DNA from: Takakia lepidozioides
Taxonomy: Eukaryota > Plantae > Bryophyta
Reading direction: 5' to 3'
NCBI GenBank assembly: GCA_030704615.1
Contig: CM060731.1
Location: 78,802,001 to 78,866,000, forward strand
DNA length: 64,000 nucleotides
This document shows positions 12,760 to 25,864 of this stretch, one piece after another. How positions within the stretch are numbered: the first letter of the stretch is position 1; every line of letters begins with the position of its first letter. The notes under the pieces were generated by a model. It was given only the letters and a program-made list of their open reading frames with translations. It was not told where the DNA came from and searched no databases. The translations under genes and the position numbers were made by a program.

Positions 12760-15700
12760 TCATCTTCCTCCTAGATGTGCAATGCTCTCTTTCAAGAGTT
12801 CGGCCCCTAGTATATTTTCTGATGACACCTGATCACAAGATGATGGGCCTGATGGTGGGAACTGTAGTGGATTTGCTACAGGAATTGGCAAGTCAGTATA
12901 TGCGACATCCAAAGAAGAGAACCCGGGCATTCGAGCTATATCCTCGAGGTCCTGCAACACCTCTGCTATGGTTGGACGTGCCTCTGGATCACAGTCACAA
13001 CACCTAATTGCCAGATTTGCAAATTCCTCCAATGCTGTGGGTGGATAGGAGCCCATGCAAGGGTCAATGATATCTCGCAGCCTTCCTGCAGTATGTGCCA
13101 GGCATACCTGAACAAGAAAATGATATGTGCAAGCATAAGCGGGAGAATATACTCATCACTTGAAAGCTGTGAACTTTTGGCTGCAACAGAGACTTGACAC
13201 AACCGTGCACACAATCTAAGACTCACGGAGCGGGGCCTATGTTTCTACCCACCATATAGGGAGACTTGGTTTGAAATTGCCATTGTGTACATACTCATGA
13301 CCATCTCGTTACGAGGATTGCACCATGCTCCATGGGGTGGTGTGGACGTGTCCTTTGCCTCTTAAGGTTGATTGAGGGTGCTTCAGCTTTAATATGCTGG
13401 AAGTGCAGAGATGGAAATTGTACAATCACAGGTGTCTTAAGAGTAATTGGTGTGTGCAATGGGCCCCTTCTATTCCATGCAGAGAAGTAAGTGGATGTTC
13501 TAGCTATGACAGCTCTGTATACCCATTCCAAGCATCCGCTGAGTGGCTTCCACATCTCAAATTCACCCACCTGGTCATTTGTTTCTGGTATAGAAAAACA
13601 TTGAGAAAGGGTCTCATGTATCATACCTCTCTTGTAAGGTTCTTCCCTCGATGGATGGCATGTAAGCCAGTTAGAAGTTCCATCAACACAACCCCGAAGC
13701 TGTAAACATCACTCTTGTCGGTCAATTTTAGTGTGAGAAAGTACTCCGGGTCTAGGTATCCCTGCAGCGCGATATCACACACTCTTTTGTTGGAACCAGT
13801 TAAAGCAGTGGAGAATAATTCTAGATGAGACTGGCACATGGCTTAACACATGCCATGAGCATAGAAATTTCCCAGCTTGTGCCATGCAAAAAGTGGAGAA
13901 GCAAGAACGCGGTATGTTTCAACAAAGGAAAGATGAGAACAAAGAATACAGACAGACACTTACAGGAGTACCCTTCACCACTGTTGAGATGTGCTTGGCA
14001 ACACCACCACACGGGCTGGCTATCGGTGCAAGTCTTGACAGACCAAAATCTGCAACCTTGGCATTGAAATGCTCGTCCAGCAGGATGTTGGTTGGCTTTA
14101 TGTCGCGATGAAAGATTGGTGGGTTTGCATCTGCGTGGAGATAGTGGATTCCTCGAGCAGTTGCCAGAGCAATCCGCAGTCGCGTCTCAAAGGGCAGTGT
14201 CTCCGTTGCTGTCAGTCATCAAATCAAGGTAAAATTCATATCCTTACCAGTAGTCTGGGAGCAATTGTGCCATTTCTCAAAAGATGGAGACGACACAGCT
14301 ATATGGGCCAACAGCATATCCCAAGCATAGCACGACTAGGCAATCTAATTGCAGTTACCCAATGAGGAGCAAGCACCAAATACTATCAGTTAGAATCTTA
14401 CGAATTAGATGATCCCTTAGAGTTCCTCCTGTCATAAACTCATACACCAGCATCTGCACACCATCCCGACACATCAAAGAGAGGCATGGTAGGCACCAGG
14501 TGCACGCATGCTTGGTGCATTTCTGAACACCGCTCATGGCTGGCTAGCTCAAATTCAGGCCACCATCAGGTTACAGGCTTCTCACGTTCGCTCTTTTCTG
14601 CTCTTGTAGTCTCGCTTTAGTCCAGAACCAATTCATGTCCTTCTGCATGCCCTCTCTTTCCTAAAATGGGCTGGTTCAGTGTGAATTTCTAGCGTATGTG
14701 TACAGAGAGAGATAAAAAAAGTACTTATAAGACGTTGTTTGCTGCAGCCTTGTGGCCATAGGCCCGCGCCCAGTTTGGACAGAACAAGAGATAACAAACA
14801 GTACCTTTGTGGGGGACTTACGTAGGTATTGGTACTTACCTTGATATAAACAGTTAGTTCGGGCTTGCCAGAAAGCCCTTCATGAGTCTGCTGTGTGAGA
14901 GCTGCCCAGCAAGGAAGACCTCAACAGGGCCAGGCGTTTAGGCTTAGCCTTGAGATTTTGAAAGTTGGGACTATGTTCTTGATTGTCCTGAAGAGGGTCA
15001 CTCTCTGATGAGAATATCCCAGACATTCCACCTGCACTTTGGGCATTGACATCGCTCTTTCCTCTCTGCATCTGTTTTATGTTCGAAGGAAGACTCCCTG
15101 CCCAAGTTTAAATTTCAGTCTAGTGCCAAGGGTAGGTAGGACCTTCCTTTGTCACAAACTGGAAACAAGTTCAGGGAAGTTCTATGCCTAACTTCGTTTT
15201 GTTCGGACATTTTTCGTGCTTCCGACATGGCCTTGGAAACTTCAGCCTTGAAGTCAGCTTCATCTAGTAGGATCAGTTCTTCCTGCTTAATGTTCAGGTA
15301 CTTTGAAAGCCTACTCTACCCTTTTCTGCCAGCACTTAGCCTGTTTAACAGGACAATCTTGCTTTTAAGAAATAGAGTCGATCAACTTAGGGTATCTGGT
15401 ATTAGCGATTCTACTGACCTTGAACTCATCATGTCAAGAGCTCAAGGGTGGTACGCCAACCTCGCCATGAACAGCCACGTTAGCTGTTCTAGAGCAAGCT
15501 GACATGCTCTCTTTGAGCACCAAAAGCTCAGAATGGATTCTTAAGTCTTAGCATGGTTGGAGTTGCCATCCTACACGGCCGATGTGTACTCCAATATAGG
15601 CCTAATAATGTTGCAAAGTATGGTCCTTTTAACTTCAAATTAATCCCTCTGCAGTGGAAAAATTGAGTTCCGTCCACCACATGCTGGATGGCCAGACAGC

Positions 15701-18700
15701 CCAAAGAGAGAAAAAATCGAAAAATAGTTCTGGAAATCGCTAGTCCTGAATCCCCATGTTGTAAGTTTCTTTAGAAAAAAGGAAAGAGGAAATGAAATGA
15801 ATTGAAATGGTGCTTTATAATGTCCGCGGAAAGCTCATAGAGCTAGAGGACAAAATGAAAAAAAACGTGAAAGGAAACAAAACCAGAGCCAAGAATAAAA
15901 ACTATGGCTCGAGTGATTGTCTAAGGGTGAAGGCCTCGTGCAGGTAAGCTGCCAAACATTTCTGATCCTCATAGTGGAAGACTTCAGTGAGAGATTGGGT
16001 TCCGCGGAATAGACAGTGGAATCTCCCACGAATCTCATAGTATAGAGGGCAATAGAAGAAGTGTTCTTCAGTTTCAATTTCCCGGTTGTGCCCTATGCAA
16101 GCTGGACATAGGCGGTCCTCCCGTTGCAGGTTTCCCATCTGCCAGTCTCTATCTGTAGGTTGTGGGAGCCCACCCTGAACCGTCCCAATGCCCTCAGGAG
16201 GGAAGCAGATAAAGATGTCGAAAGGTAATTGGGCCTCAAGATTCTATCATCTCGGAGAACCAAGAATGTCTCTCGATAGAAATGGAGCTTTGTCGTGAGA
16301 TCGGGTAGCTTTCAAGTTCTCTTGACATGTAGTTCCATAAGCTCCCTTCTAATGAGTCTGTTGCGATCCTGTTTGGATGTGATGTCCACCCCTTCTGGAT
16401 TCACTGGTAATATTGAAACAATAGGGAGTCCATTGCGCTAAAAAAAACTGTCCACACGAGCTTACCAGCAGTGCTTGAAACCTGCAGTTTTGAGCCTAAT
16501 AGATGTTGCGAGGCCTCTTGCCACGAGCCCCTTGGGTGGAAGGGCTTGTAACCTTTTAAGAAAAATTGTAAGCCTCGGTTTGCAGTGGCATGCATGCTAA
16601 ATCTGCACCTAGGATGTGAGATGGAGTTGTGCCTCTGGCGCCAAGCATTGCTTGGAGAAAAGATGACTGCAAATGATTCCAGATTCTTTTCCCACCAGGA
16701 AACTGGGACACCAGGTGCCCAGAATTCACAACCATAAATGGCAGCCGGGGTGACAACGCTGTCAAATAGCCACTTTTTGGTTGGGGGGTGGCGCAAATGT
16801 ATCTGTTTGCATTTGGCCTGAAGGCGGATGGAGGTGCCCTATCCTTTGTCAATCTGTCCAGGGCAGAAAGAAAGCTATCCATTTTGTCTGCAGTGTACTG
16901 GACATAAATCTTTCACATACTGATATAAGGAGTATGTTACCTTGTAATGGGTGTCTTCTGGTATCTGAAAGAAACCAATAGTTGAGGCTTCACATCTAAG
17001 CTCTCATAGGAAAATCTTGATCAACTCTACAATGATAAGCTTCTTCAAAGAGAATGGGGTGGTGGGACATCATCCAAAAGGAGGTCAAGTTTTGCTGAAG
17101 GTTTTCACATGCACATAAGCTGACTTTCAGTTCCCCAGAAATTGATTCAGATTAGATTCAGCCCTATTTTGTGGATCAGCAACAAACGATGCATGCTTTG
17201 AGATGTTAAGGAGCAATGAAATGAAATGAAATGGTACTTTATAACGTCTGCGGAAAGCTCAAATAGCTTATGGGACAAAAGGGAGAAACCACAAAGAAGA
17301 GACAAAACCACAGCCAAAAGCAGAGAACCATGGAAAGAAGTGTTCACCTGCTCATCTGCATCGTTACAATAGCCAATGAGGGAGACTAGGTTTTTGTGAT
17401 GTACACGAGATAGAAATTCTATCTCTGTGTAGAATGATTGTGAACCTTGTACAGCTCCCTCATGAGCACGCTTGACAGCCACCACCTGCCCATCCTTCAG
17501 AGTCCCTTTATAGACCCTTCCATAGGCCCCTCCCCCAATCTCGTCACGGAATTGCTCTGTCGCGTCTGCCATTTCTGAAAATGTAAATGACTTCACTCCA
17601 GAAATCTTGCCCCCAACCAACATTTGGATTGCTCTTTTCCCTGGACCAAGTCACAGCATGAAACCTGCGTAAGACACTATGTAGAGTGCCAATCCTGACA
17701 CTCTAGATCTGATGTACAAACATATGATTCTCCACACTCTTCTTGAAGAAGGGTGGGGGAGAGACTTACTCAATAGGTTGCGTTTATAGGGAGTGAGTAG
17801 CCACCCTTGTCTTCGTAAAATGAGTAGAAGGGATGTTGTAACAATCATGGCTGTGCCAACTACACAGGAAACTGCAATGCCTGCTACAACTCCTGCAGTC
17901 AAGCCTTTTGAGCCAGCTAGTTCACCTGTATGACCACATCAGTGCTTGTCAGTCATGACGGCATCTTAGAATATCATAGCTATCCTCTACCTAGGAGAGG
18001 ATAATCATAACACACTATGATCAGAGCTTTGATCAGGGTAAAATGATGATAGTACCTGAATACCAAATAAGGAGTTCATATGCACCGTAATACAAGTACT
18101 GTGTGCTATCAGTGCTGTCTGCAAACATGAAGTTGGTGAGATAATTGAGCATCCTTTCAGCGTCAAATGGACTCCATGCAGTACCCACTGGAGGAAATAA
18201 TTCGAGGGTCGTGTTAAGCCGGTGCCCAGGTTGCCAGCTCCAGTCTACTAGGCTCACACCAGAATCATTTTTGAGGAACAGCATATCACTAATGAAGTCC
18301 GTGTAACTGTCAAGGTAGGACGAGTCCATATAGGGAAAGCTGGGGCTTTTGAGCTCAATGACGACAGTGATGGGCCTTGCACATCGACACTGGGAGGTGT
18401 TGGGCACGCTGACTTCTGGGTCCTGGCACAGAGGACACCCAGTATTATTGACCTTTGAGATATCGACTCCCGGTGCTGCTGGTGTGTTTGAAGTGATTGA
18501 AATGTTGCAATGTAGCTCACTGGATATTTCTGCTGAAATCACACTACACAATATTGTGTTCCCATACAACCTGAGCACCCAACCACCATGCTCACAGATC
18601 TCAGAGGAGAAGAAAAAGAAATTTTATAACGTCCACAGGAAGTAAATCCAGGGATCTTCTGTGACAAGAGCAAGTTCCAATTCATAGCCTTGCATGAGTA

Positions 18701-21700
18701 AAACTACCGGACACAGCTATCTTAACTCATGCAAAATTGACTGGTCTCTTAATGAAGTTCAGGTAGCAGGCAGATGTAGCATGGCATACTGTAATATGGA
18801 AGGTGTAGATTGCGCACCAGACCTTAACTCCCTCATTCTTAGCCACAGCTTGTGGTAAAGCATCAGAATTTAGACCGCCAAGATTGTTATATTCGAGATT
18901 TCTGCACAGGGTCATTCAAAACCACCAGGAGTACTCTCAATATCGATCTTGGCACCCTTAACTCTCTCTTCCGACCCATTTCCCTTGTGGAAAAGAAACA
19001 GACAGGCAGGGGAGACTGCAGTGATGATATTTAATACCTCTCAGACATTCACCTGATGTGCACAGCACTTAGGTGAACTCAAGACCAGGTTCTGCAATGT
19101 GGAAACCAACAGAGAATGGCAAACAAAGGAAGTTTGGCAACTCCAACTGTAAGGAGGTGTCTGTATGCCAACCACGGTCCACAGCTGCAGATCTCTCAGA
19201 AACTGTAATTTAACCCATAATATAACACTTATCACCACCCGGAAGCTAATCATGTTCTTAAAATATGAGGGGAGAACATACACGACCAGTATACTCGCAT
19301 TTGAGAAACTTGTCCCAGTTCCAAGAGAAGCTGGGATGCCATCAGTGAGCAGATTGTTCTCAAGCTCCCTGCAGAATACAGACTGAACATCCATTACAGC
19401 TTACACTTAAACCTTCTGATGACTTTGACTACACAATTCCGGTGACCACTTGTCTAAAGAAGTAATGCCTATGGATTCTGTGGGAACAGATCATCATGGC
19501 CTTGTTAAGCACCGTACTGACGTCAGAACTGAACTTGTAGCATGTGCAACTGTTTTAGAATGCTCACAAAGACAGTCCTCCATGGAGGAATGTGCCAATT
19601 GGATTCAAAGCATATGAAGTTAGAGCATCAGCTTCTCTCACACATGCATGACATTCAAAAACATGACTGCAATGTGTGAATGTGGCTCATTTCCATCCAG
19701 CCCCACCCAGGCATGGGTCCCTTGTTTGACGGGCAATGAATCCATTGGATTTTTCTTTATCTATTCCATCCAGCCTCAGTTGACCCAATCCCTTTATGCT
19801 GCAAAAACAATGAAGCTCAGCTTGGACATCCATAATTACCATTGACCAGAAGTCTTCTAAGTTTTGTGTGTGTCTCTAGTCTTTGATCACAAAAGAAAGG
19901 TAAGTATCATGATATATCTTCAAGCGTAGAAGAGTCTTTCACCAACAGGTGCTGAAAGAAGCGCGAAGAGACTTACAATGCCTGCAAGGAGTTCAGCTGG
20001 CCATAGCTTGTTGGAATGGATCCATTCAGTTGGTTGTAAGACAGATTGCTGGAGCACCAAGCCATACACAAAGTCAATTATGAAATAGCTACTTTGATGC
20101 CATCATGTCTGTACACCAAGCCAGTCAACATACCTAACTAAGAAAATCATGGCTAGACTAGATGTGAAATATGGAAGACTTGGACCTCCCTCCGATTGCA
20201 CATCAGAAGGCCAAACCAAGCCATGGACCAAGCATCAATCAGTCAAATGGGGGCTGGTCTCTCCACCAGCGCCACAAAGTTATGAACCACTGGTGGAAAC
20301 ACAATGTCACTTGATTTAAGAGCGTCTCTAGGTGACGACTAATTATTGCATGCTATGCAGCAGGTGTTTTCACTTGTTTATTAACACAAGTACTTCTTAC
20401 AAATCCTCTCTTGCAATGAAAGTGCAAGTTTAGCAGTTGTGGCACACGTAGGCACTTGTGCCACACGGTCTTTTGGCTTCCATCTAAGTCATGAATTTTC
20501 TATTTTTCTATCACCCGTCAGAGATAGTTCCAAGACAAAGATGGGAAACTTGGTCCGGAGGCTGTAATGATCATATAAATGTGTGCTCGTGCTAAAAGGA
20601 AAGCTTCAAGCTTTCCCAATTTGTGCAGGACTGAACCCATCAACTATGTTAAAAAACATGACAATGTAAGAGAACGCCTACAAAGCAATTTCTTATTTGA
20701 TAGAATGTCAAGTATCCCTGAACAATATAGCTCTGCAGTTGTTTTCAACTCCAAGAGACTTGGAAAAAGACGTATTAATCTGATGTCAAAGGATGAAACA
20801 AGCTAGTCATTGGAGCATCAAAAGAAGAAAATTGCCATACATGGATAAGATTGTTGGTGGAACTTTGCTTGGTAGAAGACCACTGAGATTGTTATAGCTC
20901 AGATCTCTGCAGAAGATAGCAATAAGAAAAGCATTGTCACAAAAGAGGCCATTTACATTTCAAGACTCAACGTCTATTACAATTGTGTGTGTCAAACCTG
21001 GTATACAAACAAAGGATAACTACTATCTATATGCTACACCTTTGGAAGCTTGCACATACTCCTGCTCTAAGAAAGAGAGGATATTTTGCCAAACAATTCA
21101 TGGGACATACAAATATGTTAGGTTAAGTAGTCCATCAAGGTTTGGAATGGTGCCCTGCAAGTTGCAGCTCCTTAAGCTCCTGAACACAGCCATTGTCCAC
21201 CCTAAGATCAGTGACAGCTCAATCATTGTGGGTATCAGGGTATTGTTCAAAAGAGTAGCCTACATTGTGCGCAGGTGTTCTGCACACGATTGATGCGCGC
21301 AGGCTCCAGGCCCTGGATGGGCAAGCAGCTACTTGGCAGGTGAGTTTGAATTCTTCCTAGTACAGTCCTTCAATAGTTATTTGCAGCTGTTGGTTGAAGC
21401 ATCTTTCTTTCGGAGTCTTCAGCAATTCAAGTGATTCTGGGATTTATTTTCCCATCAGACAGAGATGACAAGGAAGAAAATATGTCGAAGCATCATGTGA
21501 TACTCACAGTGAAAGAAGCGAAGAACTCTGAACCCAGCTTGATGGAATCGTGGTCTCCAGTGGATTGTTGTCAAGCTGTCTGCATGGTCCAGTTGCACAA
21601 GGCATACATAAGAAAGGAAAAATCCCCGAATCACCTAGAAATTTTGTGGTGGAGCTTTTGCTCTCTGGGACAGAATGTCAGGAAACAGAACATGACGCGA

Positions 21701-24388
21701 GAATTTATGAAAGGAAATTGCTAACAGCCAACATCTCCAGATCTTCCTGTAATAGCCTGGAGAGCAATCCTTGTTTCATGGGTGAATTTAAGGAGGATTT
21801 GAGGGAACTCCTAAGATGAATGTGGTATAACCTTCACAAATTGCATGATCTTTGAGAAGTTTTGTCTTGATTCTAGATCTAGCAACACATACAAAAAAGA
21901 TGTGGAAATAAAACCATACAATCATTATGCCAACATTCACAATGACGGACTGATGTGGAACTGTTGCGCATCTTTTTTAAATACTTTCTCAGAGAATTTG
22001 TCTCTTGTACATCCCCTCCCGATTCTGTCCACAGTTCAACTCTGATCTAGATAGTCACGAATGTTCAAGAATCGATTTGTATACGCTTTACAGATTAGAA
22101 AAGAAATAGATCTTCATGCTGCACAGTTGCATTACATTGATGTGGATTATGTTGAATTTGAACTTTGAAACCCCAACTTACAAGGTTGTGAGCTTTGGGA
22201 GATTTTCAATAAGCTTGGGTGGAAGTGGACCACTTATGTTGTTATTGTCTAACAGTCTGCATATCACAACACACAGGTTCACATTACAACCAAGAACCTC
22301 ACAATCCCACCACCAGTTCAAAACTCAAGCTGATTACAGTGAGCATGACAAACTATTGTAGGTGGAAGAACATCATGCAAATTACCACTAGGAGATAGAT
22401 TAAAGAGAAAAGACTCACATATGAAGAACACTGGAAAGACGGCCGAGCGAATCTGGAATCAGGCCATTCAGAGTATTGTTGGTCATGTGTCTGCATAGAT
22501 GAAAAACTTTCAATTTAAAAGTTCAGATGGCCAATTGCATACTGGAGTCAACCAGAGAAACAGATGCACCCTGGTCTTTGTACAATGAGGGCTCTACAAT
22601 TTAAGGCAAGGCTGATCAGATGTGTAACATATTTTTCCTTCCTCTGCATTGCAAAATCCCGAAATCTTTCCTAAGATAGGAGCTTGCACCCTGTAAATTC
22701 AGACTCTAGAATGTACAAACTTTTGAGAACTTCAAATGACTGCAGAAAATAGACTTACAGATGCCTAACAGCAGTTAGATTGCCAAAACTGACTGGTATA
22801 GGCCCGGTTATATGGTTGACATCAATCTGAAGTCTCCGCAATTCCGACAAATAGCCGAGCTCTGGAGCAAGCTGCCCTGATAAGTTGTTGTTGTTCAACA
22901 ATCTGTGTCAAAGCAAGAGTCCAACTGTTTAATAGTACATCTGGTTGAATGGGGGCGAAGTTAAAGGCAAGTAACACTTCAGACTACTCAATACATGGTT
23001 TTCCCAAGACTAGGATCGGATCTATAGATTATCATCGGATCTATAGATTGCAGCTGGTTCGAGAAACTCCATCAGTTCTCTTGTCCTCCTTCTCAGATCA
23101 ACGTGTACAAGAAATCTCTCTTTCTGTAGCACCTCAGCAAAACGGAGAAAAAGCCACAGAGCGGCGCAGAGCAGGCCAAAGGCCTTCCACAAGGCTGAGA
23201 AGTTCTCTCTTGTGGCCCTCTGTGGACGTGATAAAGGTTCTTTCATTGGGAGCCCCTTGTGGACAAACAATGTTTTCTCTTTTCTTTTCTCTCAAACTCT
23301 CATTCCCTGTGGCGTTGCTGTGAGCTGTGGCAATTTTGAAGAGACGAATGTACCCCGGGCTAAAACCCCAAAGCCAGCTCCGGGAAGCTTCACAATATCC
23401 CGGGGAAACGCCCTGAAGGGCACGTCACAGCCAGCGTTTGCAGCGGTCAAGAATTAATGAGCGCGTCTCTCTCTCTGTCTCAGATTGTCTCTACTGCATT
23501 GGTAGCCCTTCTAGCAGGGGTGCACCATTTGTACATTTGATGATCCTTTGGTTGAATTGTTTCGATTCGGTTGGTTTAGTATCTGTTACACTTTCTTGTA
23601 CTTGCCAAATGGGAGAGAGCAGCAGCTGCAATCTCCCGGAAGGAGTAGTTATGCTTACAGTTTTTGTAGTCGCTTCAAGTTGCCGTAGCTGGATGGAATG
23701 ATTCCCTCTATTTGGTTGAACTTCAGATTTCTGCCACAAGACGGAACATTGATACCTGTCAGTTCTTCTCGGTTTTAACCTTTTGTAACTGCAAGAGCAT
23801 GATGGACATTGAGCATCTGAGGGGGAAAATGTACTCCTGAGTTAATGGCTGCACACAAGTGTACCTACTGGATTGCAAGAGAAAGAGAGCTTATGGTATA
23901 AAAGAAAGCAGGATACAAGAACAAGCAGGCCAAAAACACTCTTCATTCTCCAACATGGAGAGCCTCGTGAGAGTATGCTGCTAAGCATTCCTTGTAATGA
24001 AGACGTCAGCGAGGGATTAGCTGTCCCGGAATAGATAATAGTATTGATCATAGTAGGACTGGAAGTTTTTGTTAGGGCAGTAACTACGTGTAGAGAGAGA
24101 GAGAGAATGCGGAGCTTATTACGTCCACAAGACACAGGAGACTTGGCCTCTTTGTTACCAATTTTGTGGCTTCTTGTCCATATTCTCTAAGCTTCGCTGC
24201 TCAGGTGCTACGAGAAGTGGTTTTCACCATAGGTTGATCTGCGGTCTTTTTCCTGTCCTCTGAAAATTAAACCATCTGCTCTTAAGTTTGGCTGTTTGTC
24301 TGATTCAGAGATGGTGTTCCCTCTCACCCGCTAAGAGATTACAGATTGAGAGAGAAATGAAACGAAATGAAACGGTGCTTTGTAACGT

Positions 24389-24457
<69 letters not shown>

Positions 24458-25864
24458 TCAATGTTGGCCCGAAAATCTCACAGAATCTCCAGATATGTGA
24501 GATTTGCAACTTCAGGCGCCAAACGCCCCATCAACGAGAGATTGGTAAGACGCCTGCAGCACGAAACCTCAAGTCCTTCAAAACACTTTCACGTTAATAC
24601 ACCCCTCTGAAGGGAAGATCACATCTAGCCCCCATTACTCAGTACAAACTTTGTGCACGGTAGGATCCATCAGAACCAAGCTGACAGACTAGTGCCCATG
24701 CCTTGCTTTGCTTCAGGGTTGGGGATTTCGGTTGCCCACAAGATTGAAAGTATTGAAAGCATGCGGCAGACTGGATGCCTAATCCCCCGAGGCCCAGGCA
24801 ACCATCTTCTGAAAAGTATTTAGTTCAGCACGTAATCCAATATTCAAACCAGGCTCGACATGCCCTGGGGTCAATAGGAAAATACATACAGCTCCGTGAC
24901 ATGAGACACCAAACTCGAATCCTCGTAGTTACATGTAACTCCTACCCAAGTAGGCTTGACGCAAGGATCGTCTCCTTTCCAATTCTGAAGGTGATTGTTG
25001 TCATCTATCAGACTGTCTTTGAATGCTTTGAGAGCTGCAGCTGCGGACAACACCAATCAAATGAGAAGACTTGAGCAAGACTTTGAGATAAAATCCAGCT
25101 AGCCTGCCTGGCACAGAAGATGCTTGCAGTACTTAGGCTTCATCAACCAACTCTGGATCAAAATTCATGAATACATGTATGCTCGGGTGGTCTTCCATAA
25201 TCATCATCACTGGCACATCTGGCCGGAGGGAATTGACATTTTCATGTCGTTCGCTCAACTGTACTGGGTGGAGTCCGAGTCCGTATAATGTTGTTGAATT
25301 ACAGCCTGGCTTCCATTCGAGGGTTAACTTCTGAGAATCTTTTCCACTTCGCTGTATTGGTAGCATATAGACTTGAAATCTTCTCTGATGGTCAGCTTAG
25401 AAAAACTGTTCTTCTAGGAACTGTTTTTGAATAGCTCGCATTCAAATGGACATGCCAGGATGTCACATTCCGTGCTGGCCACTGTAGATCACGCTTGAGA
25501 AGACTGGGAAAAATGGTGCAAACGAGCCTGTTCCGCAACTCACCGATTTTGCAAGATTCCGGACGTGTATCCTGTAAGCTCGCGTCTTTCTTTCTCTAAC
25601 ATTCTCTAACTTAGGCGTGCAAAATCTGGCTCCGGTAAGTGCTTCGAACGAGTGCTCAGGAGTGCTCCATTTCATAACCAAGCTCCGGCCTTCTCCTTCA
25701 ACTTTTCAAGGGTTTTCCTAAAGTTACAATTCAAAGAAACTAGGTAACAGGTAGTGAACAAACTTACTCTCAACCGCGTCTGAAGTGCCGTTTGAGAATC
25801 CACCAAGCAGTAGAATGGTGCATACGACCAGAAGGAGCAGCTGTGATGACTTGTGCCCAGCCAT
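12760..25864 (-). CDS. LRR receptor-like Ser/Thr kinase, LRR-VIII-1 type (At1g06840/HPCA1-like), 20 exons
   Basis: GT-AG exons read on the minus strand: 25864-25768 (signal peptide), 25040-24890 (LRRNT, '[13 protein letters not shown]'), LRR exons 24553-24482, 23730-23659, 22902-22759, 22490-22419, 22256-22182, 21579-21508, 21179-21111, 20906-20841, 20048-19977, 19368-19282, 18901-18818, then 18570-18056 (Cys-rich ectodomain, 'CRCARP..ELKSPSF'), 17925-17770 (TM), and kinase exons 17640-17348 (GGGAYG, VAVK), 14453-14402, 14208-13964 (HRDIK, DFG), 13761-13627 (GYLDPEY), 13107-12760. Confidence 0.93.
14717..15680 (-). mobile_element. LINE family A ((TC)n-tailed, RTE/RTEX-like) degenerate 3' fragment in an RLK intron
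   Basis: Shares 'gtacttataagacgttgtttgc..cagccttgtggcc', 'tttaaatttcagtctagtgcc' and 'gtcacaaactggaaacaag' with 46164-47733 and 48092-48622. Confidence 0.8.
15790..16990 (-). mobile_element. LINE family B (RTE/RTEX-like) 3' ~1.2 kb in an RLK intron
   Basis: Motifs '[17 protein letters not shown]', '[18 protein letters not shown]' and '[21 protein letters not shown]'. Ends in an (ATTTC)n tail (plus strand gaaatgaaatg, ~15790). Confidence 0.85.
17215..17340 (-). mobile_element. Short 3' tail of LINE family B next to the first kinase exon
   Basis: 'aatgaaatgaaatgaaatggtactttataacgtctgcggaaagctca' matches 15800-15837. Confidence 0.7.
24390..24454. repeat. (GA)n microsatellite, about 32 units, abutting a family-B LINE tail in RLK intron 3
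   Basis: Uninterrupted gagaga run, preceded by 'gaaatgaaacgaaatgaaacggtgctttgtaacgtc'. Confidence 0.95.

Noticed and set aside
24288-24597. ORFs with poly-(ER) tracts
   Set aside because: Translation of the (GA)n microsatellite inside an RLK intron.
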